Virus record (IMG/VR): IMGVR_UViG_2648501873_000011
Origin: a virus
Lineage: Duplodnaviria; Heunggongvirae; Uroviricota; Caudoviricetes
Strand: one strand, 5' to 3'
DNA: 7,841 nucleotides
How positions within the stretch are numbered: the stretch's first letter is position 1; every line of letters starts with the position of its first letter. Both the position numbers and the translations under genes were made by a program. The notes under the pieces were generated by a model. That model was not told where the DNA came from. It saw nothing but the letters and a program-made list of their open reading frames with translations, and made no database searches. Positions 6,379-7,841 of this stretch are shown piece after piece.

Positions 6379-7541
6379 TGCTGGATACGCTGACATTTGA
6401 TGCAGGCAGTACGCTGACGCCGGATTACATGCTGATGCTCGACAGCAGGGATATTACCGGCAATATCAGCGACCGTCTGATGAGCATGACCCTGACGGAT
6501 AACCGGGGCTTTGAGGCTGACCAGCTTGATATTGAACTGAACGATGCCGACGGGCAGGTCGGGCTGCCGGTTCGTGGCGCTGTCCTGACGGTGTATATCG
6601 GCTGGAAAGGGTTTGCCCTGGTATGCAAAGGGAAATTTACCGTTGATGAGGTTGAACACCGGGGCGCGCCGGATGTGGTCACCATCCGTGCCCGGAGTGC
6701 AGATTTTCGCGGGACGCTCAATTCCCGCCGGGAAGGCTCATGGCATGACACCACGCTCGGTGCGATTGTTGAGGCGATAGCCTCCCGTAACAGGCTGGAA
6801 GCCAGTGTCGCTCCGTCACTGGCCGGAATTAAAATCCCGCACATCGACCAGTCGCAGGAGTCTGATGCGAAATTTCTGACCCGTCTTGCAGAACGCAACG
6901 GCGGTGAGGTGTCGGTAAAAATGGGAAAACTGTTGTTTCTCAAAGCGGGGCAGGGGGGGACGGCCAGCGGTAAAAAAATCCCGCAGATTACCATCACCCG
7001 CAGCGACGGTGACCGTCATCATTTTGCGATTGCTGACCGTGGAGCCTATACCGGCGTAACGGCAAAGTGGCTTCACACCAAAGACCCGAAGCCACAAAAG
7101 CAGAAGGTAAAACTGAAACGCAAAAAGAAAGAGAAACACCTGCGCGCACTGGAGCACCCGAAAGCGAAACCGGTCACGCAGAAGAAAGCGCCAAAAGCAC
7201 CGGAAGCGCGCGAAGGTGAATACATGGCAGGTGAAGCTGACAACGTTTTTGCCCTGACCACGGTATATGCCACAAAAGCGCAGGCTATGCGTGCCGCTCA
7301 GGCGAAGTGGGATAAACTGCAACGGGGCGTTGCGGAGTTCTCCATCATCCTGGCTACCGGTCGTGCAGATATTTACACGGAAACACCGGTCAGAGTGTCA
7401 GGCTTTAAGCGCGTCATAGACGAGCAGGACTGGACAATCACTAAGGTGACACATTTTCTGAATAATAGCGGCTTCACGACGTCCTTAGAGCTTGAGGTCA
7501 GGCTTTCTGATGTGGAGTACGAAACAGAAGATTATGAGTGA
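6378..7541 (+). CDS. D: Phage P2-type tail/baseplate protein D (phage late control gene D family; gp27/VgrG-N-like hub)
   Basis: 387-aa ORF (MLDTLTFDAGSTLTPDYMLMLDSRDITGNISDRL...). Its start overlaps the U stop (TAATG at 6375-6380). Contains a lysine-rich basic stretch at about nt 7078-7215. Confidence 0.9.
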   Translation: MLDTLTFDAGSTLTPDYMLMLDSRDITGNISDRLMSMTLTDNRGFEADQLDIELNDADGQVGLPVRGAVLTVYIGWKGFALVCKGKFTVDEVEHRGAPDVVTIRARSADFRGTLNSRREGSWHDTTLGAIVEAIASRNRLEASVAPSLAGIKIPHIDQSQESDAKFLTRLAERNGGEVSVKMGKLLFLKAGQGGTASGKKIPQITITRSDGDRHHFAIADRGAYTGVTAKWLHTKDPKPQKQKVKLKRKKKEKHLRALEHPKAKPVTQKKAPKAPEAREGEYMAGEADNVFALTTVYATKAQAMRAAQAKWDKLQRGVAEFSIILATGRADIYTETPVRVSGFKRVIDEQDWTITKVTHFLNNSGFTTSLELEVRLSDVEYETEDYE

Positions 7542-7559
7542 TGTATTTTGTTTATCTGT

Positions 7560-7588
7560 TTGTTTTATAAGGATAAATTAACTAAAAT
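7560..7588 (+). promoter_or_regulatory. Putative sigma70-type promoter for ogr (-35 TTGTTT 7560-7565, 17-bp spacer, -10 TAAAAT 7583-7588)
   Basis: Hexamers read directly from the AT-rich D-ogr intergenic region; P2 ogr is known to have its own promoter. Not validated. Confidence 0.3.
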
Positions 7589-7622
7589 GGCACTATCAAC
7601 AAAACCGGAAGAGGTGCTCGCG

Positions 7623-7841
7623 ATGTTTCATTGTCCTTTATGCCAGCATGCCGCACATGCGCGTACAAGCCGCTATATCACTGACACGACAAAAGAGCGT
7701 TATCACCAGTGTCAGAACGTGAATTGCAGCGCCACGTTCATCACCTATGAGTCGGTACAGAGATACATCGTGAAGCCGGGAGAAGTCCACGCCGTAAGGC
7801 CGCACCCGTTGCCGTCAGGGCAGCAAATTATGTGGATGTGA
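7623..7841 (+). CDS. ogr: Phage P2-type late gene transcriptional activator Ogr (C4 zinc-finger protein)
   Basis: 72-aa ORF MFHCPLCQHAAHARTSRYITDTTKERYHQCQNVNCSATFITYESVQRYIVKPGEVHAVRPHPLPSGQQIMWM, with the CxxC...CxxxxC zinc-binding arrangement. Shine-Dalgarno GGAAGAGG lies 8 nt upstream of the ATG at 7623. The stop TGA is at 7839-7841, the window end. Confidence 0.9.
   Translation: MFHCPLCQHAAHARTSRYITDTTKERYHQCQNVNCSATFITYESVQRYIVKPGEVHAVRPHPLPSGQQIMWM

Noticed and set aside
6425-7322. Minus-strand ORFs of 190, 168 and 66 aa antisense to gene D
   Set aside because: Low-complexity, Phe/Arg/Leu-rich translations opposite the lysine-rich part of D; they overlap a well-supported sense gene and have no recognisable domains.
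7548-7622. N-terminal 25-codon extension of ogr starting at TTG 7548
   Set aside because: The recognisable Ogr sequence starts at ATG 7623 with a good Shine-Dalgarno. The extension lies in the AT-rich promoter region and begins with a non-ATG codon.
1-7841. Novel defence or accessory system
   Set aside because: Every ORF of meaningful length is accounted for by the IS21-family element or canonical P2 tail/late genes in their expected order. No orphan gene cluster, toxin-like ORF, or non-phage cargo is present. The known P2 variable hotspots are not within this window.

Overview
The window holds two things: (1) at 1..~2496, most of an IS21-family insertion sequence on the minus strand (istA transposase and istB ATPase helper, plus the istA-proximal terminus with several copies of a ~17-bp terminal repeat); its istB-distal end lies left of position 1. 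(2) at ~2497..7841, the distal late/tail module of a P2-type temperate phage, all on the plus strand in canonical P2 order: tail tube FII (5' end removed by the IS), E and the -1 frameshift product E+E', tape measure T, U, D, and the zinc-finger late activator ogr, whose stop codon is the last base of the window. The main finding is the IS insertion into the 5' end of FII, which probably makes this prophage tail-defective while leaving E/E', T, U, D and ogr as full-length ORFs. I see no sign of an undescribed system: every long ORF is accounted for by the IS or the P2 tail module, and the remaining ORFs in the track are antisense or shadow ORFs. All identifications rest on reading the translations and recalling the protein families; no database search was run.
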